Of a stretch of 37,938 nt of DNA, positions 8,434 to 16,076 are shown in pieces (the stretch's first letter is position 1; each line of letters opens with the position of its first letter). Position numbers and translations under genes: made by a program. The stretch is from a virus (taxonomy: Duplodnaviria; Caudoviricetes), in IMG/VR virus record IMGVR_UViG_3300020042_008090, positions 1-37,938 of that record. One strand, given 5' to 3'. The notes beneath the pieces are model-generated. The model ran no database searches and was not told the origin of the DNA. It saw nothing but the letters and a program-made list of their open reading frames with translations.

Positions 8434-9055
8434 CTTGCCTCCTTACCCAATTCCGAAACGTTGCATCCCAATCCAGCTTGACCGCTGCTGCCCCGGCTTT
8501 GGCTCGCCAGTAGTCGGTGAACGAATCAATGGTTTTCTTCAAATCAATTCCAGGGTTTTCGATTAGCGCCCATGAAACCATGACTTCATCGGGTTTCCAG
8601 TCATCAGGGATTCTGGCCCCCCGTTTGCTGGCGACACGCTTGCGTGTTGCAGGCTCTTTCTGTTCTGTTTCTGTATCTGTATCTGTTCTGTTCTGTTCTG
8701 GGGGCGTTTCATCCGGTGTTTCTGAAACCGTTTCATGCCGTTTCCTGAAACGTTTCACTCTTTCTGTTGAAACGTCAGACTTGTATTGTCTACCGCTCCA
8801 GTTGTGCGGTTCCATGCCTGTTTCGGTGGCGTCAATCAGTCCCTTTTCTATCAGGTAATCAATAAGTTGCTGCGCTTCGGTTTCGGTCATTCTAAGAGCA
8901 AAAGCAATGTCCTCAACGGGCGGTAAATCGCCCTCATTTCTAGCAGCAAGTGATAGCAGATTTACCCATCCTTTGAACTGTTCGCCTGGTAGTTTTTGCA
9001 CTTTTGGATCGTCTAAGGTTTCGACATAGAACCGATACCACGCATTTCCGCTCAT
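8330..9055 (-). CDS. phage replication initiator (O-like)
   Basis: W.R.Y..DDPK wHTH, ST.RV.RFR, C-terminal F.DYW..K.DW.ATFRNW; internal repeats. Confidence 0.85.
   Translation of the reverse strand: MSGNAWYRFYVETLDDPKVQKLPGEQFKGWVNLLSLAARNEGDLPPVEDIAFALRMTETEAQQLIDYLIEKGLIDATETGMEPHNWSGRQYKSDVSTERVKRFRKRHETVSETPDETPPEQNRTDTDTETEQKEPATRKRVASKRGARIPDDWKPDEVMVSWALIENPGIDLKKTIDSFTDYWRAKAGAAAVKLDWDATFRNWVRRQDVNSGNTNRPRESAVQRSERREREYLAERGVNLP
8659..8775. repeat. putative replication origin iterons within initiator gene
   Basis: About 8 tandem TCTGT units (8659-8700) next to clustered GTTTC/TGAAAC motifs including palindrome TGAAACGTTTCA. Confidence 0.7.
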
Positions 9056-9177
9056 TTGTGGCGTACCGCACAGAACAGACATAAACATGCGTTTAGGCTA
9101 AAGCTGCCGGACTGCATGCCCGGTGGATTGGAATCAGGTAAACCCTGCAGGAATGTAAAGCGCGTACCCGTATTCAT
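9052..9177 (-). CDS. 41-aa leader ORF coupled to replication initiator
   Basis: Hand-translated MNTGTRF..AVRHK; purine-rich RBS; TGA overlaps initiator ATG. Confidence 0.45.
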   Translation of the reverse strand: MNTGTRFTFLQGLPDSNPPGMQSGSFSLNACLCLFCAVRHK

Positions 9178-9225
9178 CCCGCCCTCTTCTTGTTTTGTGC
9201 GCTACCGCACAGAAAATCTAATTTT

Positions 9226-9435
9226 TTAGGCTGCTTTCTTCTGCTGTATCGCGGCCATGTCATTGACCGAAACCAGATACCCGCGCCGATGGGCCGCGTT
9301 AGCGACCTTCAGCCAGTAGCACGAAGGTATCGCGCCCCGCTGGTTCCACTTTTTGACCAGTTCGTAATTGACGTTAATATCCCTGGATAGCTGTCCCAAG
9401 GATTCCCACTGGCCCAATATGTCTCGAAAGTTCAT
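9226..9435 (-). CDS. Cro-like HTH repressor 1
   Basis: L.RDINV..V.KW.QRG.IP..YW pattern; ATG 7 nt from -10 (leaderless). Confidence 0.8.
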   Translation of the reverse strand: MNFRDILGQWESLGQLSRDINVNYELVKKWNQRGAIPSCYWLKVANAAHRRGYLVSVNDMAAIQQKKAA

Positions 9436-9442
9436 GGCGGCG

Positions 9443-9534
9443 ATATTAGGGACGTTCGCGCCCCTTGTCAATAGGGCTGTCGAAAAATAAATTTCATTTA
9501 GGGTATTGACAAGGGTTCACCTTGTCCCTATAGT
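9443..9534. promoter_or_regulatory. divergent sigma70 promoters with spacer operators
   Basis: Minus TTGACA-17-TAATAT (9471-9443); plus TTGACA-17-TATAGT (9506-9534); both spacers read AGGG..GTCCC-T. Confidence 0.85.
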
Positions 9535-9575
9535 TACTCCCAACGCAACACTTCACCACCACGGAGTGAATGGAA

Positions 9576-9737
9576 ATGAGCTACGGATTAGAAAAACCAA
9601 TGATGCACTCCGAAATTGAAATCATTTTGGAATCTTTCAACATCCCGTATCGGTATGTTTCTGACCACATAGTTGTTGATGCATTGGGTGATGTCACCTA
9701 CTGGACAGAAGACATGCTGCGAGACCGGATTTCCTGA
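9576..9737 (+). CDS. hypothetical protein (53 aa)
   Basis: Hand-translated MSYGLEKP..; GGAG RBS; first gene after promoter. Confidence 0.6.
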   Translation: MSYGLEKPMMHSEIEIILESFNIPYRYVSDHIVVDALGDVTYWTEDMLRDRIS

Positions 9738-9738
9738 A

Positions 9739-9766
9739 ATGACCACCTGCACCATCACCGCAATCA
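9739..9766 (+). repeat. 28-bp direct repeat copy 1
   Basis: ATGACCACCTGCACCATCACCGCAATCA identical to 11008-11035. Confidence 0.95.
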
Positions 9767-9780
9767 CGGAGGGAAGGGAA

Positions 9781-10026
9781 ATGAAAACACACCTGACCTA
9801 CAAGACGAACGGAATCGAAACAGGTGCGGCCCTTTGTGGCAACAATGCTCGCGGCTACAAATACGGCTTGCCTGTAGCCTTTCCTAAAGAATTTCGGCTT
9901 ATCCCCGCTGATTCCCGTTGCTCACATTGCGAGCGTATTTATCTGGGACGCCGGAACGCCCTTCGCAAAGAAAAAGGCCTGCCACCCGTAGCGTCTCCGT
10001 TTGACGGGCAGGAGCACGCAGCATGA
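9781..10026 (+). CDS. Zn-binding-like hypothetical protein
   Basis: H..ALCG..C.HC; GGAGGG RBS. Confidence 0.7.
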   Translation: MKTHLTYKTNGIETGAALCGNNARGYKYGLPVAFPKEFRLIPADSRCSHCERIYLGRRNALRKEKGLPPVASPFDGQEHAA

Positions 10027-10370
10027 CCGCCCCTGAGTTGCAAGCCTTGTCCGCCTTTGAGGGCCGAATGAAGTCAATTGAAATATTGTTATGGAATTTT
10101 CTGCCTAAATCGCCAGGGCACCCTAATCACAAAATGACGGGCGATGGCTCCAAATCTCTATTAGACCTAACCCTGTCTGTTTGGCAGTGCTTTCATGGGC
10201 CGGATCAAACTGCTCCGGATGCATTTCCTTCAATTGATAGGCCCGAAGCTCAGGAAGCCATACGCCCCATTGTTGTATGGTTTGGCGAGATACTCCCAGA
10301 GCCTGAGCCAGCTTGTTTTTGTTGCCGAAGTGCTTTACAGCCTTCGATGTGCGTATCCGAAGCGGTTTAA
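10023..10370 (+). CDS. hypothetical protein overlapping Cro2 in antisense
   Basis: AGGAG RBS and ATGA coupling; 3' part overlaps 10123-10380. Confidence 0.4.
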   Translation: MTAPELQALSAFEGRMKSIEILLWNFLPKSPGHPNHKMTGDGSKSLLDLTLSVWQCFHGPDQTAPDAFPSIDRPEAQEAIRPIVVWFGEILPEPEPACFCCRSALQPSMCVSEAV

Positions 10371-10380
10371 GTGTTTTCAT
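10123..10380 (-). CDS. Cro-like HTH repressor 2
   Basis: AVKHFGNKNKLAQALGVSRQTIQQW..PELRAYQL classic Cro pattern. Confidence 0.9.
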   Translation of the reverse strand: MKTLKPLRIRTSKAVKHFGNKNKLAQALGVSRQTIQQWGVWLPELRAYQLKEMHPEQFDPAHESTAKQTGLGLIEIWSHRPSFCD

Positions 10381-10386
10381 GGCGCT

Positions 10387-10469
10387 AATGTATTCGCTAA
10401 TTCTGCGGTTGTCAATACACGCTTATTTTGTAAATAGCTGTTGACTTGTGTTTTATTTAGGCGTAGATT
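10387..10469. promoter_or_regulatory. second divergent promoter pair
   Basis: Minus TTGACA-17-TACATT (10415-10387, 6 nt before ATG); plus TTGACT-17-TAGATT (10441-10469). Confidence 0.8.
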
Positions 10470-10505
10470 CTATCCATCAGCAGTAAACGCACAGAGGATT
10501 GAGAG

Positions 10506-10739
10506 ATGAGCCGCGAAAAGTGCCATTACCGTCATCTGACCAACTACCAACTGGTAGACAGACAAAAATCTCTGAGCCTTGCTTTAGATCAGGCCATTGA
10601 TCGCGGCGACAAGAAGGAAGAGCGCAGCGCAAGAGCTAGGTTGTGGCGCGTGATGGATGAACAAGACAAAAGACGCGCAGAGATTTTTCCGGGGACGCGG
10701 GACGCCCTCGACAAAATCAAAATACGGGACAAGCAATGA
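10506..10739 (+). CDS. hypothetical protein
   Basis: GAGG RBS, first gene after promoter. Confidence 0.7.
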   Translation: MSREKCHYRHLTNYQLVDRQKSLSLALDQAIDRGDKKEERSARARLWRVMDEQDKRRAEIFPGTRDALDKIKIRDKQ

Positions 10740-11002
10740 TGGCAAAAAGCCCGGACCATTTTCGATGGACCGACCTGCGCCCTGCCCTTCTCCAGAATGG
10801 ATGGGCTAGCAGGGTTGTGGAAATAGAACTTTTTGAGCGGCAAATCCGCGAACTCTACGAACAGAGGCGCGATCTTTGTAACGAATACCTGAGCGATGTG
10901 ATTTTTAATCATCAGAACAAGGTATGTGAATTTGCATTTCGACCATGCCACGCACGCAAATTAGACACCCTGTCCGTCTCTACATCGTTGTGGCTGGAGT
11001 GA
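10736..11002 (+). CDS. hypothetical protein
   Basis: ATGA-coupled. Confidence 0.6.
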   Translation: MMAKSPDHFRWTDLRPALLQNGWASRVVEIELFERQIRELYEQRRDLCNEYLSDVIFNHQNKVCEFAFRPCHARKLDTLSVSTSLWLE

Positions 11003-11007
11003 TAACC

Positions 11008-11088
11008 ATGACCACCTGCACCATCACCGCAATCATCCTTGGCACCCTATTCGCCATTTGCATCATTGCTCGGAAAAAGCTGCCATGA
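11008..11088 (+). CDS. 26-aa single-TM peptide; begins with repeat copy 2
   Basis: GGAG RBS; MTTCTITAIILGTLFAICIIARKKLP; coupled to next gene. Confidence 0.6.
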   Translation: MTTCTITAIILGTLFAICIIARKKLP

Positions 11089-11435
11089 ACTTTTGCCCCG
11101 TCGAATCCGACCTGAACCGCCACCTGACCAGGCTGGACGCTGCCGAAGATAAAAAGAGGCGGATGAAAGTCTGGCTGAAAGAATCGGGCCGCGTTTTTGA
11201 CTACATCGAACAGCGCATGCGCGAGGATGGCGACTTTGAAATCTTCGTCCACGAGCACATTGACGGCTACGCAATCGTCCAGCTTGGCCTTGTCGCCCTT
11301 GGCATGTACCCGCGTGGGTTTGATGACGGCGACCTGAAACACCTGGCAGAGCAGATTGTGTTGGGTTACATCAAGGATCAATACGACGCGGTCGAGGAAT
11401 ATTTGATTGAAGTTGAATGGGAGAATTTTGAATGA
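11085..11435 (+). CDS. acidic hypothetical protein
   Basis: Start MNFCPVESDLNRHL; coupled. Confidence 0.7.
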   Translation: MNFCPVESDLNRHLTRLDAAEDKKRRMKVWLKESGRVFDYIEQRMREDGDFEIFVHEHIDGYAIVQLGLVALGMYPRGFDDGDLKHLAEQIVLGYIKDQYDAVEEYLIEVEWENFE

Positions 11436-11536
11436 AAATTATCATCGAAGCCCTTTCCTTTCTCACCTTAATGGCTTTTTGCTTCTTGGTTGTTTTCGCC
11501 ATTAATGCGGTTATTGAGATTTATCAGTATGCATAG
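11432..11536 (+). CDS. 34-aa single-TM peptide
   Basis: Hand-translated MKIIIEALSFLTLMAFCFLVVFAINAVIEIYQYA; GGAG RBS; coupled. Confidence 0.55.
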   Translation: MKIIIEALSFLTLMAFCFLVVFAINAVIEIYQYA

Positions 11537-11720
11537 CCTTCGCCACCCGTATGCACCTGAGTACACAGGCTCGGTGTTTACGTCTTGCCAGCCGCTTGAT
11601 AACCACAAGCGGCAGGTTCTTTACGACGACAAGCGCGGGATTGTTCTGCCTTTCCGCGCATTACCACCCGTGCTGATTTTTTCAGAGGGTAAATGGATTA
11701 GAAGGAGTGAATTGATATGA
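11529..11720 (+). CDS. hypothetical protein
   Basis: Fills coupled chain. Confidence 0.45.
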   Translation: MHSLRHPYAPEYTGSVFTSCQPLDNHKRQVLYDDKRGIVLPFRALPPVLIFSEGKWIRRSELI

Positions 11721-11995
11721 GAGTCGAAGCCGTGCCGATTATTCGCTTATCGGTGGAAAGCATGAAGGCCAGTATCTTGCAGCACATGGGGGCAGCAGGT
11801 TCTGAGTTGGGCGAAGTTATCTCCGCCGAGATAGACAAGACGATGAAAAACTATCCATGGGAGAGCGAAGTATCTGACATTGTTCGGGCAGAGGTCCGCA
11901 GACAGATAGAGGCATATTTTAAATATGGCAACGGGGCGACCGCCATCAATGCGGCGCTGGACAAAGTGTTTCAATTGCCGGAGCAAACCCCATGA
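11717..11995 (+). CDS. hypothetical protein
   Basis: AAGGAG RBS, coupled. Confidence 0.7.
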   Translation: MRVEAVPIIRLSVESMKASILQHMGAAGSELGEVISAEIDKTMKNYPWESEVSDIVRAEVRRQIEAYFKYGNGATAINAALDKVFQLPEQTP

Positions 11996-12705
11996 GCAAC
12001 GCAATAGCAAAGACTGAAAACGTCACAACGCTGCAAACCGTATCCAGGCCCGATCCGCTGCAAATGCTCGGAATGGCCATTGAAAGGGGCATGAGCGTTT
12101 CCGATCTCGCCCCCCTGATGGATCTGGTAGAGCGTGACCAAGCCAACAAGGCGCGGGTTTCGTTTATGGCGGCAATGGCTGAATTTCAGGCCACATGCCC
12201 AACGATTAAAAAATCCAGCAAGGGGCATAACAGCAACTTTGCCGGGTTGGATGAAATCTTTGTAACCATCCAGCCGCACCTTGCCGCTGCTGGCCTTGCT
12301 GTACGCTTTGACAGCGAAACCGGCGAAGGTAAACAGACTGCAATTTGCTACGTGTCGCACCGTGACGGGCATGTTGAGCAGAGCCGGTTCACTTGCCCGA
12401 TTGATTCAAAGATGGCGGCGAATGACTCACAGAAGGCGGGAAGCGCTAACAGCTACGCGAAAAGGTATGCACTCTGCAACGCATTGAACCTGGTTGGCTC
12501 TGAGTTTGATGACGATGCATTTTCAGCCGGCCAACAGCAGCCAGCAATCGAAATGGCTACCGATGAACAATTAGCCACGATTGCGGAATACCGCCAGGAA
12601 AACCAGATCCCGCCAAACACACTCGAATGGCTTGACAAGCAAGAGTCGCTCACCAAGAAACAGGCGGTGAAGCTGATCACGATGCTGATAGCGGCGAACA
12701 AATGA
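11992..12705 (+). CDS. erf: ERF-family single-strand annealing protein
   Basis: FA.L..I..P.L..GL, H..G, Q..GSA.SYAKRYAL..D.D signature. Confidence 0.92.
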   Translation: MSNAIAKTENVTTLQTVSRPDPLQMLGMAIERGMSVSDLAPLMDLVERDQANKARVSFMAAMAEFQATCPTIKKSSKGHNSNFAGLDEIFVTIQPHLAAAGLAVRFDSETGEGKQTAICYVSHRDGHVEQSRFTCPIDSKMAANDSQKAGSANSYAKRYALCNALNLVGSEFDDDAFSAGQQQPAIEMATDEQLATIAEYRQENQIPPNTLEWLDKQESLTKKQAVKLITMLIAANK

Positions 12706-13010
12706 TTAGCCGCAACTATAAAAAGAAGTACCTGAGCGAGGATCATTGCGCGCTTGTGTCGCGCGCGCTTCGCGATAGCGAGTGGGCGAACCTAACCGAG
12801 AGAGAGCAAAGGTACATAGAGCTTAGATATGACGCAAACGGCAACAGGAAAGCATCGCTACTGGAAGTGGCACAGCAATTGTGGCGCATCGGGACTCACA
12901 AAAAAACACTAGGCTCTGCAATAGGACAGGGCATTTCAACACAGAGAGTCCTTCAAATTGACGAAAAGGTTTTTCGCAAACTGCGCCAGAGGGTAATTCC
13001 AAATGATTGA
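12702..13010 (+). CDS. stand-alone sigma70 region 4 domain protein
   Basis: LTEREQ..IELRY..SL.EVA..GIS.QRV.QI..K..RKLR. Confidence 0.8.
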   Translation: MISRNYKKKYLSEDHCALVSRALRDSEWANLTEREQRYIELRYDANGNRKASLLEVAQQLWRIGTHKKTLGSAIGQGISTQRVLQIDEKVFRKLRQRVIPND

Positions 13011-13623
13011 GCAAGGCTCAGACGAATGGCGCAATCAGCGGCTGGGGTTGCTCACCGCCTCCCGGTTTGCCGATCTGATGGCCAAGACCAAATCAGGCCC
13101 ATCTACCAGCCGGAAGAATCTGATTGCGCGGCTAGTCTGCGAACGGTTCACCGGCTGTTACATGGAAACCTACAGCAACGCGGCCATGCAGCGCGGGACG
13201 GAAATGGAACCAATAGCGCGGCAGGCTTATGAAGATCATGAGCTGGTAGCTGTTGAGCTGGCCTCATACGTCCCGCACCCTGATTACTGGTTCGCTGGAT
13301 GTAGCCCAGATGGATATGTCGGGGATGTTGGCCTGGCCGAGTTTAAATGCCCTTCAGCCGAAGCAAAGCACTATGAGGCGCTTCGGTATGGCGCACACGC
13401 AAAAGAGTACCACTGGCAGCTACAGGGGCAGCTATGGGTAACGGGAAGGCAATGGGTTGACGCGGTGAGTTTCGACCCGCGCTGGAAAGGTTTTGAACTG
13501 GCTATCGTCAGGGTAAACCGCGACGAAAAAGCCATTGCGGAGCTTGAGGCCGAATGCATCGCAGGAAATGCGGAGATTGAGGAGCAGTTGGCTTGGTTTG
13601 AACAACAACGGGAGGCAGCATGA
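13003..13623 (+). CDS. YqaJ/lambda-exonuclease family protein
   Basis: QGS.EW..R.G..TAS, M.RG..EP.AR..Y, SPDG, EFKCP, Y.WQ.QGQ. Confidence 0.95.
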   Translation: MIEQGSDEWRNQRLGLLTASRFADLMAKTKSGPSTSRKNLIARLVCERFTGCYMETYSNAAMQRGTEMEPIARQAYEDHELVAVELASYVPHPDYWFAGCSPDGYVGDVGLAEFKCPSAEAKHYEALRYGAHAKEYHWQLQGQLWVTGRQWVDAVSFDPRWKGFELAIVRVNRDEKAIAELEAECIAGNAEIEEQLAWFEQQREAA

Positions 13624-14021
13624 GCATCAACAATTGCACATTTACAGGCCGGATTGGCAAAGACGCGGAAACCCGTTTCACGCCAAGCCAGAAGGCCATC
13701 ACATCGTTCTCGCTGGCCGTTGATATTGGCTGGGGCGAGTCAAAGAAAACGCTTTGGCTCCGCTGTAACTGCTGGGGTGATAGGTTCGCCAAGCTTTCGG
13801 AGTACCTCATCAAAGGCCAGCAGGTAGGCGTATGCGGCGAAGTGAGCCTGAACGAATGGGATGGCGACAAAGGAAAAAAGACCAGCCTGGAATTGAACGT
13901 GCGGGAGATTGAATTGCTTGGCGCAAAGCCAGAGCCAACGCAGCGCACGAAACCAGAGTCAACGGGATTCCGTCAACAGCCTGCGGCTGATGAGTCTCAG
14001 GATCAGGGCATACCCTTCTAG
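13620..14021 (+). CDS. ssb: single-stranded DNA-binding protein
   Basis: N..GR.G.D.E.R.T OB fold; IPF C-terminus. Confidence 0.95.
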   Translation: MSINNCTFTGRIGKDAETRFTPSQKAITSFSLAVDIGWGESKKTLWLRCNCWGDRFAKLSEYLIKGQQVGVCGEVSLNEWDGDKGKKTSLELNVREIELLGAKPEPTQRTKPESTGFRQQPAADESQDQGIPF

Positions 14022-14023
14022 TC

Positions 14024-14431
14024 ATGAGCACAGAAGTCATCATGCAGGTCTTGCCGGGAGGTCTCCGCGCCGTCAATGCTTTGGAGTCTGACAAGCTGGA
14101 TGGGCTGATAGGCCGGGAAGTCATGGCCAGCATCAAGCAGCCGCGCAACCTGAAGTTTCACAAAAAATACTTTGCGCTGATCGGCACGGCCAGATCCATG
14201 ATTGACGATGAATACACGATGGAGCAATTCCGCGCCCTGTGCATTGCCGGGGCTGGATATTGTGATTTTGTGCAGGGTGATAAAGGGCTGGTGGCTGTCC
14301 CGCGATCCATGAGCTTTGCGGCGATGGATGAAACAGAGTTCGAACGGCTGTATCAGGACACGCTTACTTTCATCTGCAAGCGTTGGGTTTTGGATCAGGC
14401 GCAATTGTCGCGGATGGTGGAGTTTTTTTGA
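14024..14431 (+). CDS. DUF1367-like phage protein
   Basis: PRN.KFH.KYFAL..AG..PRS.SFA.MDE.EF..LY. Confidence 0.8.
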   Translation: MSTEVIMQVLPGGLRAVNALESDKLDGLIGREVMASIKQPRNLKFHKKYFALIGTARSMIDDEYTMEQFRALCIAGAGYCDFVQGDKGLVAVPRSMSFAAMDETEFERLYQDTLTFICKRWVLDQAQLSRMVEFF

Positions 14432-14709
14432 TGAGCGCCAAAAGTAAGCGACACATGAAGAAAGTGCTTGAGCTTCCATGCGTGGCCTGCGAGGCGATGG
14501 CGGAAGAGGCCCATCACATACGCAACGGCTTGGATGATGACGAATTAGGCGATCTTGTCGGTGGCGGTCAAAAAGTTTCCGATTGGCTCACGATCCCGCT
14601 GTGCAGGCGTGACCATACCGACTTGCACAGCAATATCAAATTGTGGGAAATGCGCTACGGTAGACAGATTGACCATGTGACTCGAACACTTGAGGCGCTT
14701 TATGGTTGA
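14431..14709 (+). CDS. Ref/DUF968-like HNH-type Zn nuclease
   Basis: LPCVAC..AHHI..D..TIPLC..H..H. Confidence 0.8.
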   Translation: MSAKSKRHMKKVLELPCVACEAMAEEAHHIRNGLDDDELGDLVGGGQKVSDWLTIPLCRRDHTDLHSNIKLWEMRYGRQIDHVTRTLEALYG

Positions 14710-14745
14710 GCGTCACGGAACCGGATTAACCAAAGGAGAAATGAA

Positions 14746-14850
14746 ATGAACCGGCAAGAACCCAAACTCATAACAGCCATCATCGCATTTGCGGGTAGCC
14801 GGTTCTTTATGGTTCTGATAATTCTTGGGCACTTTTGGAGAGGATGGTAA
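14746..14850 (+). CDS. 34-aa hydrophobic peptide
   Basis: AAAGGAG RBS; MNRQEPKLITAIIAFAGSRFFMVLIILGHFWRGW. Confidence 0.5.
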   Translation: MNRQEPKLITAIIAFAGSRFFMVLIILGHFWRGW

Positions 14851-14858
14851 ACAATTTA

Positions 14859-15017
14859 TGGAGCGCGGCGTGGAAAGCAGACACGCTCATGATAACGGAC
14901 TAGGCCCGGCAATCGTGCATGAAAAACTGCACTAGTACCGAGCGAACAATGGGTAAACAAGTTTCGAGTCCGTTCAGTCCCATTAAAATAGCAGGATTAG
15001 CGCCCTGCCGCTCCACC
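14859..15017 (+). ncRNA. tRNA-like structured RNA with large pseudoknotted insert
   Basis: 7-bp TGGAGCG/CGCTCCA closing stem, GCGTG/CACGC arm, GCAGG/CCTGC arm, internal AACGGACT/AGTCCGTT crossing AATGGG/CCCATT. Confidence 0.65.
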
Positions 15018-15032
15018 CTATTTAACAGGAGG

Positions 15033-15236
15033 ATGATGATGAACGAATGGCAACTGATAGAAACATTGCCAACTAAGGACGCGTTGTATTTGATACACGC
15101 ACCATCCCTGGATGAAGGGAGTCCGCTGATTACAACCGCATGGTTTGACCCTAATGGGATCGGTTGGTCAGGATTAGCCCCTTGCTGGATCAATGCAATA
15201 ACCCACTGGATGCCATTGCCGGAGCCGCCTAAATGA
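15033..15236 (+). CDS. DUF551-like protein
   Basis: W..IET.P..ITHWMPLPEPP; AGGAGG RBS. Confidence 0.85.
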   Translation: MMMNEWQLIETLPTKDALYLIHAPSLDEGSPLITTAWFDPNGIGWSGLAPCWINAITHWMPLPEPPK

Positions 15237-15412
15237 ACTACTGGCCGTGGAAGCCTACCAAGCATCTCAAGTTTGTACTGGGTGACAACGGATGCAAACT
15301 TGTATTGCAACAGCGCTGGCGGCAATTTGCCAGCAAGTCGTACGGAACGAAAACCTATAACTATGAATGGCGCAATGTGCCGGTGAAGGGGAGCAGTCAT
15401 GAGCACAATTAA
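15233..15412 (+). CDS. hypothetical protein (59 aa)
   Basis: Hand-translated MNYWPWKPT..VLQQRW..EWRNVP; coupled. Confidence 0.6.
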   Translation: MNYWPWKPTKHLKFVLGDNGCKLVLQQRWRQFASKSYGTKTYNYEWRNVPVKGSSHEHN

Positions 15413-15611
15413 TGACAGCGGTCCAGCGTTTCCTAATAAACATGGAGATATGGGCATGTCCCTGCGCGACTGGTTTGCGGGGCAAGTATTGAATGGCATC
15501 GTGTCTAGTTTCAGTCAGAGATCAGACGCTTATTTTAATGAGCAGAAAGCTGCAAAGATGGCATATCAAACAGCAGACGCCATGCTCAGGGCACGAGAGG
15601 TTGAATCATGA
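15399..15611 (+). CDS. conserved-type phage early protein
   Basis: GPAFP..GMSLRDWFAGQ..AY..ADAML.AR motif. Confidence 0.85.
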   Translation: MSTINDSGPAFPNKHGDMGMSLRDWFAGQVLNGIVSSFSQRSDAYFNEQKAAKMAYQTADAMLRAREVES

Positions 15612-15626
15612 GTAAGGAGCAAGGCG

Positions 15627-16076
15627 ATGAACAATAGATACTGGAACGGCAGATGCTTAAATAAAGTCATGTGCGAAACAGAGGGAGAAACATATGAACG
15701 TGATGCTGCCGAAGAATGCAGTCGATTACAGACACATATTACTGAACTGGAATCCCGGCTGGCTGAGACTGTAGCGTTGCCGGTAATAACAGCACAAATA
15801 GCTATGGATTTTCGAGGCGTTATTACACTAATTGAGCAGGACGACACGGTAAAATCTGGCTGGTGCTGGCGCTGGACTCAAGATGCTGTTGATTTCGCCT
15901 GCCTGATTGCAGCAGCCCCCGCGCCAGCGGAAGCAGAGAGTGGGCTGGCGAGGTTGAAAGAATTTGCGCGTAGTTGCGCGGAAGATTACGACTGTGATTT
16001 AAACACTCACGGGTACAACACACAATGCAGGGCTTGCACTGCAAAGGCATTGCTGAAGGAGCAAGGTGATGAGTGA
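15627..16076 (+). CDS. hypothetical protein
   Basis: AAGGAG RBS; mosaic early-gene appearance. Confidence 0.65.
   Translation: MNNRYWNGRCLNKVMCETEGETYERDAAEECSRLQTHITELESRLAETVALPVITAQIAMDFRGVITLIEQDDTVKSGWCWRWTQDAVDFACLIAAAPAPAEAESGLARLKEFARSCAEDYDCDLNTHGYNTQCRACTAKALLKEQGDE

Noticed and set aside
14859-15017. Canonical tRNA, tmRNA or intron-containing tRNA
   Set aside because: No TTCGA T-loop, no anticodon arm, too short for tmRNA or a group I intron.
14992-15185. CAGGATTAGC repeat (about 14992 and 15169) as att-like duplication
   Set aside because: Only 10 bp exact, second copy inside a coding region, no integrase; probably chance.
14900-15499. 199-aa minus-strand ORF and the 14919 upstream extension of DUF551
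   Set aside because: Antisense to recognisable genes or overlapping the structured RNA; DUF551 RBS points to 15033.
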